The position numbers and the translations under genes were made by a program. The notes under the pieces are model-generated. The model searched no databases. It was not told the DNA's origin and saw only the letters and a list, made by a program, of their open reading frames with translations. Source: Squalus acanthias (lineage: Eukaryota). From it: a DNA stretch of 64,000 nt. The stretch spans positions 78,866,001 through 78,930,000 of the forward strand of contig CM059432.1 in NCBI GenBank assembly GCA_030390025.1, read 5' to 3'. Positions 25,897 to 37,645 of the stretch are shown here, piece by piece; the first letter of the stretch is position 1; every line of letters starts with the position of its first letter.

Positions 25897-26514
25897 AAAG
25901 GGAAGCCTCACTCTCAGACCACACGCACACTATGACCAAGGTGGACATTATCTACCCACGCCAAAATTGGATCTCTTTCATTAACTAAAACAATTTCGCT
26001 GCATTCGCCAAAAAGCTGGGTCTATGCTCAGCTCTCAGCTACTGCGAGATGTGTGAACATGGCCATGGGTAACATATCCACTTCTATTGTTGTTTGGGAG
26101 GGAAATGGGGGAAAGGAAATACCTCAGACTGAACTTAGTGTTATGAGACAGCCTCCTGGATAGCGTCTCCCACCTCAGGGTGTCAGAGCACGGTAATAAT
26201 TCTTCTGAGTTATACCATTACTTGTATGTGATCCCCAGCCAAAACCACTTTGGTTCGACAGGTACACTCCACACATCTGTTTTAGTTACTACAGAAGTTC
26301 AGTGCACGACCCAATCAAATGAATGAATATGCAGAATCACTACAGTAATCAGGTGACTCCAAGTTACCTAGGTAAATTTTGTATAACGTCAGTCTTAGAA
26401 CAATGTGAAATTACCATCTCCCTTTGTTATCCAACTCAGACATATAGTAAACTACATACAGTCTTGTACCATAACCAGCATCTACTAGGAACAGGGCTGG
26501 GACCAGCTCAAATT

Positions 26515-26745
26515 CATAGAATCTTGCAGCATAGAAGGAGGCCATTCAGCCCATCGTGCCTGTGCCAGCTCTTTGAAAGAGCTAATTAGTCCCACTCCTT
26601 TGCTCTTTTCCCCAGAGCCCTACAAATGTTTCCTTTTCAAGTATATATTCAATTCCCTTTTGAAAGTTACTACTGAATCTGCTTCCAACACCCTTTCAGG
26701 CAGTGCTTTCCAGATCATAACTTGCTACATAAAGATTCTCCTCAT
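26515..26745 (-). mobile_element. CR1 3' end remnant
   Basis: catagaatcttgcagcatagaaggaggccattcagcccatc...ttccaacaccctttcaggcagtgctttccagatc matches the CR1 tails at 3280 and 7200. Confidence 0.7.
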
Positions 26746-26881
26746 CTCGTCTCTGCTTTTTCCATTATTTGCATACATTTTAAGAGAGAAGTTAAAAAGA
26801 ACACCTTCATCTCCTCTGTATGAACAGAACTGTCAGAGGTGAAAGGATAGTAAATTCCCCCTCTCCCACTCTTATTACTGA

Positions 26882-27029
26882 TGATGTGGAGATGCCGGTG
26901 TTGAACTGGGGTGGACAAATGTGAGAAGTCGCACAACACCAGGTTATAGTCCAACAGCTTTATTTGAAATCACAAGCTTGTGATTTCAAGTAAAGCTGTT
27001 GGACTATAACCTGGTGTTGTACGACTTCT
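26882..27029. mobile_element. Penelope-like palindromic insertion (family B) lacking the ribozyme core
   Basis: Near-perfect palindrome 26921-27032 centred on AAGCTT; 15-bp TSD CACTCTTATTACTGA. Confidence 0.75.
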
Positions 27030-27172
27030 CACTCTTATTACTGACTTAGGACAATCTAAATCCAGCACGAGAAATCACTTCCATCTCCAGCATATTACGT
27101 AATTTCACTTGAAAACAAAAAGAAAGAAATCCACCTCAAAAGATGGTGCCTCCACTCACCACATGTGCACAC

Positions 27173-27610
<438 letters not shown>

Positions 27611-28011
27611 TCAGCTGCACATCACCAAGGCACAGTAAGCCTGGCATTAAATCTCAAATTCAGGGAAGTTCACTTACTGCCAGGTACAAACCATCACCCT
27701 CCACACAAAGCAGATACCAGGTCACATTGTCTCGATTCCCTGACACCCAATAGTTGCTCCATCAACACACAGCTCCCGGTGCCAACGACCACCCACCCCA
27801 CCCGTCCCGTCCCGTCCCAGTTTTGGTCCAGATTCCCTGTGAGGCCTGCAGTGGAGTAGTCCCTTACTCGGGGTAGGGAACTTCCCTCCATGTACCAACC
27901 AGTCCTCAAATCTAAAGGCTCTGCACAGCCTGGGCCCCAGCCCACATCCACAATCCCAGCACCACACCCTCCACCTAGCTGCCCCTGCCCCAACTTCCCA
28001 ACCCTACCCCC

Positions 28012-28783
28012 CGCCCCCCCTTGCCCCAATTCCCCAGCCCACCCCCCTTGCCCCAATTCCCCTGCCCACCCCCCTTGCCCCAATTCCCCTGCCCACCCCC
28101 CTTGCCCCAATTCCCCTGCCCACCCCCCTTGCCCCAATTCCCCTGCCCACCCCCCTTGCCCCAATTCCCCTGCCCACCCCCCTTGCCCCAATTCCCCTGC
28201 CCCCCCTTGCCCCAATTCCCCTGCCCCCCCCCTTGCCCCAATTCCCCTGCCCCCCCCTGCCCCAATTCCCCTGCCCACCCCCCCTTGCCCCAATTCCCCT
28301 GCCCACCCCCCCTTGCCCCAATTCCCCTGCCCCCCCCTTGCCCCAATTCCCCTGCCCCCCCCTTGCCCCAATTCCCCTGCCCCCCCAATTCCCCTGCCCC
28401 AATTCCCCTGCCCCCCTTGCCCCAATTCCCCTGCCCCCCCCTTGCCCCAATTCCCCTGCCCCCCCTTGCCCAATTCCCCTGCCCCCCCCTTGCCCAATTC
28501 CCCTGCCCCCCCCTTGCCCAATTCCCCTGCCCCCCCCTTGCCCAATTCCCCTGCCCCCCCTTGCCCAATTCCCCTGCCCCCCCCCTTGCCCAATTCCCCT
28601 GCCCCCCCCCTTGCCCAATTCCCCTGCCCCCCCCTTGCCCAATTCCCCTGCCCCCCCCTTGCCCAATTCCCCTGCCCCCCCCCTTGCCCAATTCCCCTGC
28701 CCCCCCCCTTGCCCAATTCCCCTGCCCCCCCCCCTTGCCCAATTCCCCTGCCCCCCCCCCTTGCCCAATTCCCCTGCCCCCCA
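28012..28783 (-). repeat. G-rich minisatellite in DAD1 intron 1, unit about 22-25 bp (GGGCAGGGGAATTGGG(G)CAAGGGG)
   Basis: Tandem ccccttgcc(c)caattcccctgcccc units are visible directly; they explain the poly-G and poly-P ORFs in all frames. Confidence 0.95.
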
Positions 28784-28799
28784 ATCCCTACCTCCACCC

Positions 28800-29200
28800 A
28801 CCACAGCCTCAGTCACCCCGGCCCGCCCTCCCTCACCTGCCAACACGAAGGCGCCCACACAGGCGATGAAGCCGGACAGGAAGGAGTTGAAGGGGAAAGT
28901 GCCGACCAGCGCGCAGTACAGGAACTGCGCGGCGCCGCTCAGCGCCATGTACAGCAGGTATGAGTCCAGCAGCTTGAGCCTCAGTGGAGTCCCAGCCGCG
29001 TACTCCTGTGAGAAGCGGCTGATCACCGACAACACCGAGCCGCGCATTGTCACAGAGAGAGGGGCCGAGCCGTGGGAACACAATCAGCCGGGCACACACC
29101 ACACGTCAGCACACACCCCGGTCCCCACGCCAAACCGTCCGGGCAGAGCCGCAGTTCCTGCAACCCCGACAAACAGGGCCGCACAGGCACCGTCCCAGTC
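28800..29200 (-). promoter_or_regulatory. CpG-rich DAD1 promoter/exon 1 region
   Basis: High CpG density around exon 1 and the 5' flank relative to the surrounding DNA; TSS not determined. Confidence 0.5.
28837..29047 (-). CDS. DAD1: DAD1 coding exon 1
   Basis: [57 protein letters not shown] followed by a G|GTGAGG donor. 211 nt plus 131 nt gives 113 aa and a stop. Confidence 0.97.
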
Positions 29201-29383
29201 CCACCCTTTACCTTCAACAGTGTTTCTGTCTGTTTATTTAAATCGTCCCCCCCAAACAAAACATAAGAATAAACTGTCCAATCATTTATAGCTCCTATTT
29301 TCTTTTAGTCATTTTTAAACTTTTTTTCTTCACAACGAATAAAATCCTCTCTACCAGGGTTTTATAAACTTCTGGGCTTTGTA

Positions 29384-30188
29384 ACAACAACTTGTATTTA
29401 TATAGTATAAAAACAGAAAATGCTGGAAATACTCAGCAGGTCAGGCAGCATCTGTAGAGAGAGAAACAGAGTTAACGTTTCAGGTCGATGACCCTTGGTC
29501 AGAACCTCAGATTTTTATTTCAGATTTCCAGCATCCGCAGTATTTTGCTTTTGTATTTGTATTTATATAGCACCTTTAACGTAGTAAAACAACCCAAGGC
29601 ACTTCATAGGAGCGTTATCAAACAGTATTTGACACTGAGCCACATAAGGAAACATTAGGGCAGCTGACCAAAAGTTTGCTCAAAGAGGCAGGTTTTAAGG
29701 ATGCATCTTAATGGAGGAGCGAGAGGTGGAGAGGTTAGGGAGGGAATTCCAGAGCTTAGAGCCTTGGGAGCTGAAAGCACAGCCGCTAATGGTTGAGCGA
29801 TTAAAATCGGGGATGCTCAACAGGCCAGAATTGGAGGAGCGCAGATAGGGGGAGGGGGGGGGGTGGTGTGGTTGTGGGACTGGAGGAAATTACAGAGCTA
29901 GGGAGAGGCAAGGCTATGGAGGAATTTGAAAACAAGGACAAGAATTTTAAAATCGAGGCTTTGCTAAACCGGGAACCAATGTCGGTCAGCGAGCACAGAG
30001 GTGGTGGGTGAACGGGATTTGGTGCGAATTAGGATACAGGCAGCAGAGTTTTGGATGAGCTCAAGTTTATGGAAAGTGCAAGGTGGGAGGCCGGCCAGGA
30101 GAGCATTGGAATAGTCAAGTCTCGAGGTAACAAAAGCATGGATGAGGGTTTCAGCAGTGGCTGAGCTGAGGCAGGGGTGGAGACAGGA
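29384..30188 (-). mobile_element. L2 LINE 3' fragment
   Basis: LSSATAETLIHAFVTSRLDYSNALLAGLP..KLELIQNSAA, with an aacaacaacttgtatttatatagc tail. Confidence 0.85.
29406..29556. mobile_element. Penelope-like short insertion (family A) with a mutated hammerhead motif
   Basis: 14-bp TSD TTGTATTTATATAG. Minus strand reads GTT CTGACCA A GGGTC ATC GACCT GAAA CG TT AAC (G8 changed to C). Confidence 0.7.
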
Positions 30189-30943
30189 CAGCTGGGGGTG
30201 GGTGGTCATTGACACCAGGAGCTGTGTGTTGATGGAGCGAGTTTAGGGTGTCAGGGATTCGAGACCCAGCGACCCGCCACTGTGACCTGGTATCTGTTCC
30301 ATGGGTGTGTGGGGCGGGATCTGTGTCCACTGCTGCCAGTCACATGTTGTGTGGTGCAAGGTGCCCTCCATCGCCCAACAGCATATAAAACTCAGAAATG
30401 CTGACAACTCAAAAACAATGAACAGCCGAAAAATAGCCCTGAATAAAGGCCAATGACCCTATGGTGATTGCTTCAAGATGATTACATAGGTGCAATGCCT
30501 CTTCATTATGTTGGATTTCATTTTTATTTGTGTATGTTTTTCTCTGAAAAAAAAAGCCTCATGTATGCATATCAAAAGCACCATGTTTACCAATCTTTGT
30601 AAAGCTCCGTACCTCCCTGTCCTATTTGGCCATCCAGCCCAAAGCACTGCTGCTGGCAGAATACCAATTGTACTATTTCTGCCCAAAATGTATAGTTAGT
30701 AATTGTAGACTGTTGTTGACTGACTCGTAATATGAATACGTCTATACACCAAAGGTGATTTAAAGGATACTGGTTGTTCAATGATTGGACACCATTTTTT
30801 TAAAGTTTGAAAATTGATTGCATGTAACAAATGTATTGGGGTTTTGAGAACGAACAAAAGAAAAATATATAGAAGCTCGTGGAGCAGATTGGCAGCTCCT
30901 CGAACCACTCCACGAGTGACACTCGAGCCATTAGCGAGCAGGC

Positions 30944-32753
30944 GTCATCGACGTCTGCCCTCATTGACAGTAGGCTCCCGAGGTATGGAAAGTGGTCCAC
31001 ATTGTCCAAGGCCTCGTCGTGGATTTTGATAATAGGGGGGCAGTACTGTGTGACGGGGGCAGGTTGGTAGAGGACCTTTGTCTTACAGATGTTTAGTGTA
31101 AGGCCCATGCTCTCATACGCTTCGGTGAAGGTGTTGGCGATTGTTTGGAGTTCGACCTCCGAGTGTGCGCCAACGCAAGCGTCGTCTGCATACTGTAATT
31201 CGATGACAGAGGATGGGATGACCTTGGATCTGGACTGGAGGTGATAGAGGTTGAGCAGTTTCCCATTTGTTCTGTAGATTAGCTCCACTCCAGCAGGGAG
31301 TTTACTGAGGGTGAGATGGAGCATTGCAGCAAGGAAGATCGAAAAGAGCGTTGGTGCGATGACACAGCCTTGCTTGAACCCAGTCCGTACGTGAATTGGG
31401 TCTGTGGTGGATCCGTTGGTCAGGATCACGGCTTGCATGTCGTCGTGAAGCAGGTGGTGGATGGTGACAAACTTTTGAGGGCAGCCGAATTTGAGGAGGA
31501 CACTCCATAATCCCTCACGGTTGATGGTGTCGAAGGCCTTTGTGAGATCAAAGAAGGCCATGTACAGCTGTTGGTGCTGTTCCCTGCATTTCTCTTGTAA
31601 TTGATGCGCGGAGAAGATCACGTCCACTGTGCCCCTTAGTGGGCGGAATCCGCATCGCGACTCTGGGAGGAGCTCTTCAGCCACTGGGAGAAGGCGATTG
31701 AGGAGGAGTCTTGCGATGACTTTCCCTGTGGCAGACAGCAGGGAAACTCCTCTGTAATTACCGCAATCGGACTTGTCACCTTTCTTGAAGATGGTCACGA
31801 TTATGGCGTCTGAGGTCCCCTGGCATGCTCTCCTCCTTCCAAATAAGTGAAATGAGTTCATGTATTCGCGCCAATAGTGCTTCTCCGCTATGCTTTAGTG
31901 CCTCGGCGGGGATTCCATCTGCTCCTGAGGTCTTGGACAACGTGGACCACTTTCCATACCTCAGGAGCCTACTGTCAACAAGGGCAGACGTCGATGGCGA
32001 AGTCCAACACCACCTTCAGTGTGCCAGTGCAGCCTTCGGTCACCTGAGGAAGAGATTGTTTGAAGACCAGGACCTCAAACCCAGCACCAAGCTCATGGTC
32101 TACAGAGCAGTAGTGATACCCGCCCTCCTGTATGCTTCAGAGACATGCACCATGTACAGCAGGCACCTCAAAGCACTGGAGAGGTACCACCAACGCTGCC
32201 TCCGCAAGATCCTGCAAATCCATTGGTACGATAGGCGCACCAACTTCAGTGTTCTCGCTCAGGCCAATATCCCCAGCATTGAAGCTCTGACCACGCTTGA
32301 TCAGCTCCGATGGACGGGCCACATCGTCCGCATGCCCGATACGAGACTCCCAAAATAAGCGCTCTACTCGGAGCTCCGACACGGCAAGAGAGCCCTAGGT
32401 GGGCAGAGGAAACGCTTCAAGGACACCCTCAAAGCCTCCTTGAAAAAGTGCAACATCCCCACCGACACCTGGGAATCCCTGGCTCAAGACCGTACAAAGT
32501 GGAGGAGAAGCATCCAGGAAGGCACCGAACACCTCGAGTCTCTTCGCCGGGAGCAAGCGGAAGCCAAGCGCAAACAGCGGAAGGAGCGCACGTCAACCCC
32601 AGCACCCCACCCACCCGCCTCTTCAACCACCGTCTGCCCCACCTGTGACAGAGACTGTAGGTCCCGCATTGGACTCATCAGTCACCTGTGAACTCATTTT
32701 TAGTGTGGAAGCAAGTCATCCTCGGTTCCGAGGGACTGCCTAAGAAGAGAAGA
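30944..32753 (+). mobile_element. RTE-clade LINE with 5' inversion (30944-31926 inverted, 31927-32753 sense)
   Basis: RT on - (NYRGVSLLS, FFDLTKAFDT, QGCVIAPTLF, YADD). RT C-terminus and zinc-finger-like CPTCDRDC..GLISH on +. AAG-rich tail; TSD AG(C/T)GAGCAGGC at 30933-30943 and 32754-32764. Confidence 0.88.
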
Positions 32754-32898
32754 AGTGAGCAGGCAGGCACCAGTCAGCTGGGGAAAGAGCAAAGAGCAGA
32801 GTAACAACTTAGGCTATTTAATCATCCACTTCAACTCCTCCTGTAATACACAGATGTAGAAACAATCCATAAAGATGACAGTGCTCATAAAATTATAA

Positions 32899-33210
32899 AA
32901 ACAACAACAATTTACCTTTATATAGAGCCTTTAATGTAGAAAAATATCCCAAGGCGCTTCACAGGAGTGTTATCAAACTAATTTTTTGACACCGAGCCAC
33001 ATAAGGAGATATTAGGACAGCTGACCAAAAGTTTGGTGAAAAAAGTAGCTTTTACGAGCGCCTTAAAGGAGAATAGAGAGGTAGAAAAGCAGAGAGATTT
33101 AGGGAGGGAATTCCAGAGCTTAGGGCCTAGGCAGCTGAAGGCACGGCCGCCAATGGTAGAGCGATTAAAATCGGGGATGCGCAAGAGGCCAGAATTGGAG
33201 GAGTGCAATA
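32899..33210 (-). mobile_element. L2 LINE 3' end
   Basis: SNSGLLRIPDFNRSTIGGRAFSCLGPKLWNSLP; same tail as at 29384. Confidence 0.82.
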
Positions 33211-33489
33211 TTCCACCAGTACAGTGATAAGGGCCATAGCACCACCGTTCTATTTTTGGTGCAAAAGGTAGTGGAAAGTAAGGTGGAGAGGGTTTGGCAA
33301 GGGACAAGGTGTCGCCACCCATTATTCAGGTCCCAATCAAAATGAGATCTATCACATGGAACTCTCACCAAGTGCAGGAGGTTTCCCCCTATTCCTCTTT
33401 TCAAATTCTATAACCATGAGTTAGGAGTGGGGAGAATCATTCCTTGGAACCTGGTTTTAGACCACACACTGTGAACAGTTCTGCTCTCC

Positions 33490-33968
33490 ATATTATAAGG
33501 GGGATGTAGAGGCACTGGAGAAGGTGCAAAAAAGATTTACTAGGGTGATACCAGAACTGAGAGGTTATAACTATCAGGAAAGATTGAACAGGCTGGGGCT
33601 CTTTTCTCTAGAAAATGGAGGACTGAGAAGTGACCTGATAGAGGTCTTTAAGGTTATGAAATGATTTGATAGGGTAGACGTAGAGATGTTTCCACTTGTG
33701 GGGGAGCCCAGAACTAGAAGTGATAAATATAAGATAGTCACTAATAAATTCAATCGGGAATTCAGAAGAAACCTCTACACCCAGAGAGTGGTCAGAAGGT
33801 GTAGTAGAGGTGACTCGCATGGATGCATTAAGGGGAAGCTGGATAAACTCATGAGGAGAAAGAAAAAGAAGGATATGTTGATGAGGTTGGATAAAGAAGG
33901 GTGGGAGGAGGCTCATGTGGAGCATAAACACCAGCATGAACTAATTGGGCCGAATAGCCTGTGAATAC
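33490..33968 (+). mobile_element. CR1 3' fragment
   Basis: gcactggagaaggtgcaaaaaagatttac..., MFPLVGEPRTRSDKYKI; its tail is the target site of Harbinger copy 2. Confidence 0.82.
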
Positions 33969-34510
33969 TATGGCCGGAATTTTCCCAGTCCCGGGCGTGC
34001 GGATTTGGGGGGCGGGTCAGCAGTAAAAATCTCGGAAATTGCCAGCGCATCGGAAACCCGCCGTTATCCCGCCGACTTCCACATTTAACTCGGATGCGTT
34101 TCCCAGCATGCCACGGACCCACTCGGGAGAGGCAGCCAACCTCATTCAAGTACATAAATGCTTGTTGAGAGACCCTTAAGAGGGTTTTCAACAGCAGCTT
34201 TTGGCTTTAACTTCTGCAGCACAGGATTCACACACCTCAGGAACCTTGCATGTGAAGGGGAGGCAGAAGCTCAGTGGCCATTGTGCGAGTTCATTAATTG
34301 AGAGCTGGGAAAAACACATAAATACTCCCACATTATACCTGATTACTTGGCTAATGGAAACGATCTTGCTGATTCCATTTTGTGCAGAGATTTAGCTGTC
34401 AGCAGTTTGCAGGACATTTCTGCAACCTCAGAAGCCACTCTCACCACATTGCTAGTCACTACCACAACATTGAGGGATTGGCCCTCTGACCTACCATCTA
34501 TTACATCAGC

Positions 34511-35738
34511 ATGGGTGCCGCTTATGCTGTCTCACCTTGGACCTCAAATCGGGCCAAGATGGGCCCCAGCACCAACAACACCAGCCACACCAGCAGCAGC
34601 AGCCACAACACCAGCAGCAGCAGCAACCACACCAGCAGCCTTCTCCTCATCAACCTGATGCTCCACAGGAGAGAGGGGGGTCAGCACAGGGCTGCACCAC
34701 GCAGGAGGCGATACCCCCAACACAGGGCATACAGGCAGAAGATGAGCTTCTTGGACATGACTGAGCAGCAGTGCTTCAGGAGGCTCAGGCTATCGCGCCA
34801 GGTCGTCGCAGACATTTGTAGCTTGCTGGAACAAGACCTGCTGCCCAGAGGACCTGGTAGACATGCCTTACCAGTGGCTGTCAAAGTCACCACCACCCTC
34901 AGCTTCTTCGCCTCAAGCTCCTTCCAGGGATCTGCAGCAGACATTTGCAGGATTTCTCAGTCGGCCGCCCACAGATGCATCACCCAGGTGACCAATGCCA
35001 TGTTTGACAAGTCAGCCAATTATGTCAACTTTGCCACTGATGAAGCCAGTGTTACTGAGCGGGCGCTCAGCTTTGCGGCTCTGGCTGGCTTCCCACAGGT
35101 GCAGGGCGTCATCGACTGCACACACGTGGTCATCAACGCACCCCCACATCACCCAGGAGTGTATGTGAACCGCAGGGGCTTCCACTACCTCAATGTGCAG
35201 CTCATCTGCAACCATAAAAAGATCATCATGCATGTGTGCGCCAGATTCCCTGGCAGCTGTCATGACTCTTTCATGCTGCGCTAGTCCACCCTCCCTCAAC
35301 TCTTCGCACCTCCAACCAGACTTACCGGCTGGCTGCTTGGAGACAAGGGCTATCCACTGAAGTCGTGGCTCATGACACCCTTGAGGATGCTAAGTACAGA
35401 GGTCTAGGAGCGTTATAATGAGAGCGACATGTCCACCAGATGTGACATAGAGCAAACAATAGGCATGCTGAAAATGCACTTCAGATGCCTTGACAGATCT
35501 GGAGGAGCGCTTCAGTATGCACCAGCCAGGGTCTCCAGAATCATCGTCGTTTGCTGCGCGATTGGAGCTGCAGGAGGAGCAAGGCACAGAGCGCACAGCC
35601 TCTTCAGAGGAGAAGGAGGATGAACAGGTGGAAGACGAGGAGGAGGAGGAGGAACCTGAGGTGGAGATGGCACCAGCAGTAGCGCATGTTGCTGCCCAGA
35701 AGGCTCAGAATGGCTTCATAATGGCCAGATTTACTTAA
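34511..35738 (+). pseudogene. Harbinger transposase with premature stops and a frameshift
   Basis: [33 protein letters not shown], then TAG at 35282. LLGDKGY, IEQTIGMLKMHFRCLD and ..MARFT continue downstream. Confidence 0.88.
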
Positions 35739-36038
35739 CTTGCTCCAATGCACCCATATGGCTGCCACATGCTGTAATAAGTCCCCCCCCCCCCACCAAA
35801 CAACACCATAAAGCAGCCCTACAATTACCAAGCCATTCCTCTCACCCAAATCCCCATTGCTCGAGGTTAAGTAATGTCTCACCATTCACTCCAAGTGACA
35901 AGGCCACTTCCCAGGTAGTGGGCAAAAATGGACAAGACTGAAAAGTGGTGCAAAGAAATAAATTTATCTGTGCCATAAATATAACTCAAACTTATCACTA
36001 ACATTTGTTCATACACCCATGTACATACCCTTGTGCAT

Positions 36039-37645
36039 CTAGGATTGTGTCTTTTTTCTTTTCTAAGTGCTTTTAAAGGTGCAACCCCTGTGGCTTCAGC
36101 AACGGTAGAGGCAGGCTGCTCACTTCCCTGCTGCAACTCGTTAGATACTTTTGGCGGACGTCCTCTGGGTTTTGAAACCTGTGAGGGCCGCCAAAGACTG
36201 CTCCTCCTGCAACTGTGCAGGAGCAGACTCGGCCATCAGGATCCAAGGAAGCATGTGGGGCTCTGACTGAGGGGGAGGCAATGGGGGAAAGTGTGAGTGC
36301 TTTGAGAAAAGCCCCCACTTCCATGTCCCCTCTCAACATTATCCCTCTCATGGGCTACCCACACTGCCCTGCTAGCAAGGAGCTGGAGAGCACCTTGCCG
36401 CACATCAGTGGGGCGATGAACGCCCAAGTCTACGTTTATATCCCTCCTAGAGAGGAGGTAACTGACCCTCTGCCATCTGTTGTCCACAGCTAGCATGTTC
36501 TTGTGTGGCTGGCGTATTAGCTGCTCCATGCAGGTGGCCATTCTTTCCATGGAACAGCACATCGTCACCATCGCCTGCGACATGGTGCTGCTCATGTTGT
36601 AGATGGACTCCTCCGTTCTCTGCACATTTGCAGACATCGTGGCAACACTACTCTATCTCGCACAGGAGCCACCAAGGTGTGCGTATCTGCGCTGGTGCTG
36701 GCTGCACTTAAGTCTGCTGGAATTTCCTCTGAGGAGCCGTCTTCCTCCTCCAGCTGGACAGTGGGGGGACACTTGATGGACCTGTGGGAGAGTAAAGAGA
36801 TGAATTAGAAGTGTTATATTAAGACTGGGTAATGTTACTATTATATACATGATGACATTTCACTGGCTGTTGACATCAGTCACCATATGAGTGACTGCTG
36901 TATGCCATGTGGCTGTGTGAGATGTAATTCTGTCACCAGGTTGCTGGGATGTCCCCCTCTCTCCGTCTCCCACCGCCAGCAGCTCTGCCTCTCCAGGGCC
37001 TCCTCCTCTGCTGGAGTCAATTGAGTGAAGACTGAAGGGCTACCTCTGGTTCTCTGCCTCTCCCTATTGTTCTGGGCTCTCTTCTCTTGCAAGGAGGGAA
37101 AGAGAACTTTGAGTGAGAGCAATGGAATGTGTGTAAGGAATGGATGGGCTACATCTGTAGAAGGTAACTATGAGGGACTGGCGTGACATTGCCAAGTGGC
37201 CCCCTTCTGTGGTGTTACTTGCAATGATTGCATTAGGATAAGGGTGAGTGTCAGTGGTGGTTAGTCAGAAGGGGATGTGAGTAGGTACATAGACAGAGAG
37301 AGGGATGGGTGGACCTGCAAGGTATGTTGGTGTGAGGATTGAAATGCTTGGGAAGGCAGAGTGCTGGGGTTGTGGTGACAGGCACATCAGGATGTAGGTG
37401 AGTGTGGCATTGCACTCACCTTTCCTGACTTCATGAGATCACTGAATCTTTTACGGCACTGGATCCATGTCCCCCTGACCACATCCCTGCTGCTGACCTC
37501 CTCGGCAATCTCCAACCATGCCTTTTTTGTATATCTGGGTGGTCTTTTGCGTCTATCGCAAGGGAAGAGGACCTCCCTGCGTACTCTTACTGCCCGCACC
37601 AGAACATCGAGGGTGGCATCGTTGAATCTGCCTTTGTGTCTCCAT
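36039..37645 (-). pseudogene. Harbinger Myb/SANT gene, 3 exons, decayed
   Basis: Exon 1 ..EVLFP..KKAWLEIAEEV..QCRKRFSDLMKSGK with donor at 37419; exon 2 EKRAQNNRERQRT; exon 3 contains SKPRGRPPK. Confidence 0.82.

Noticed and set aside
28012..28783. CRISPR array or immunoglobulin switch region
   Set aside because: No unique spacers, eukaryotic context, and no AGCT-type motif density.
27694..29291. Long Gly-rich and Pro/Cys-rich ORFs (269-367 aa) on both strands
   Set aside because: They are translations of the stop-free minisatellite in DAD1 intron 1. The real coding part ends at the donor at 28836.
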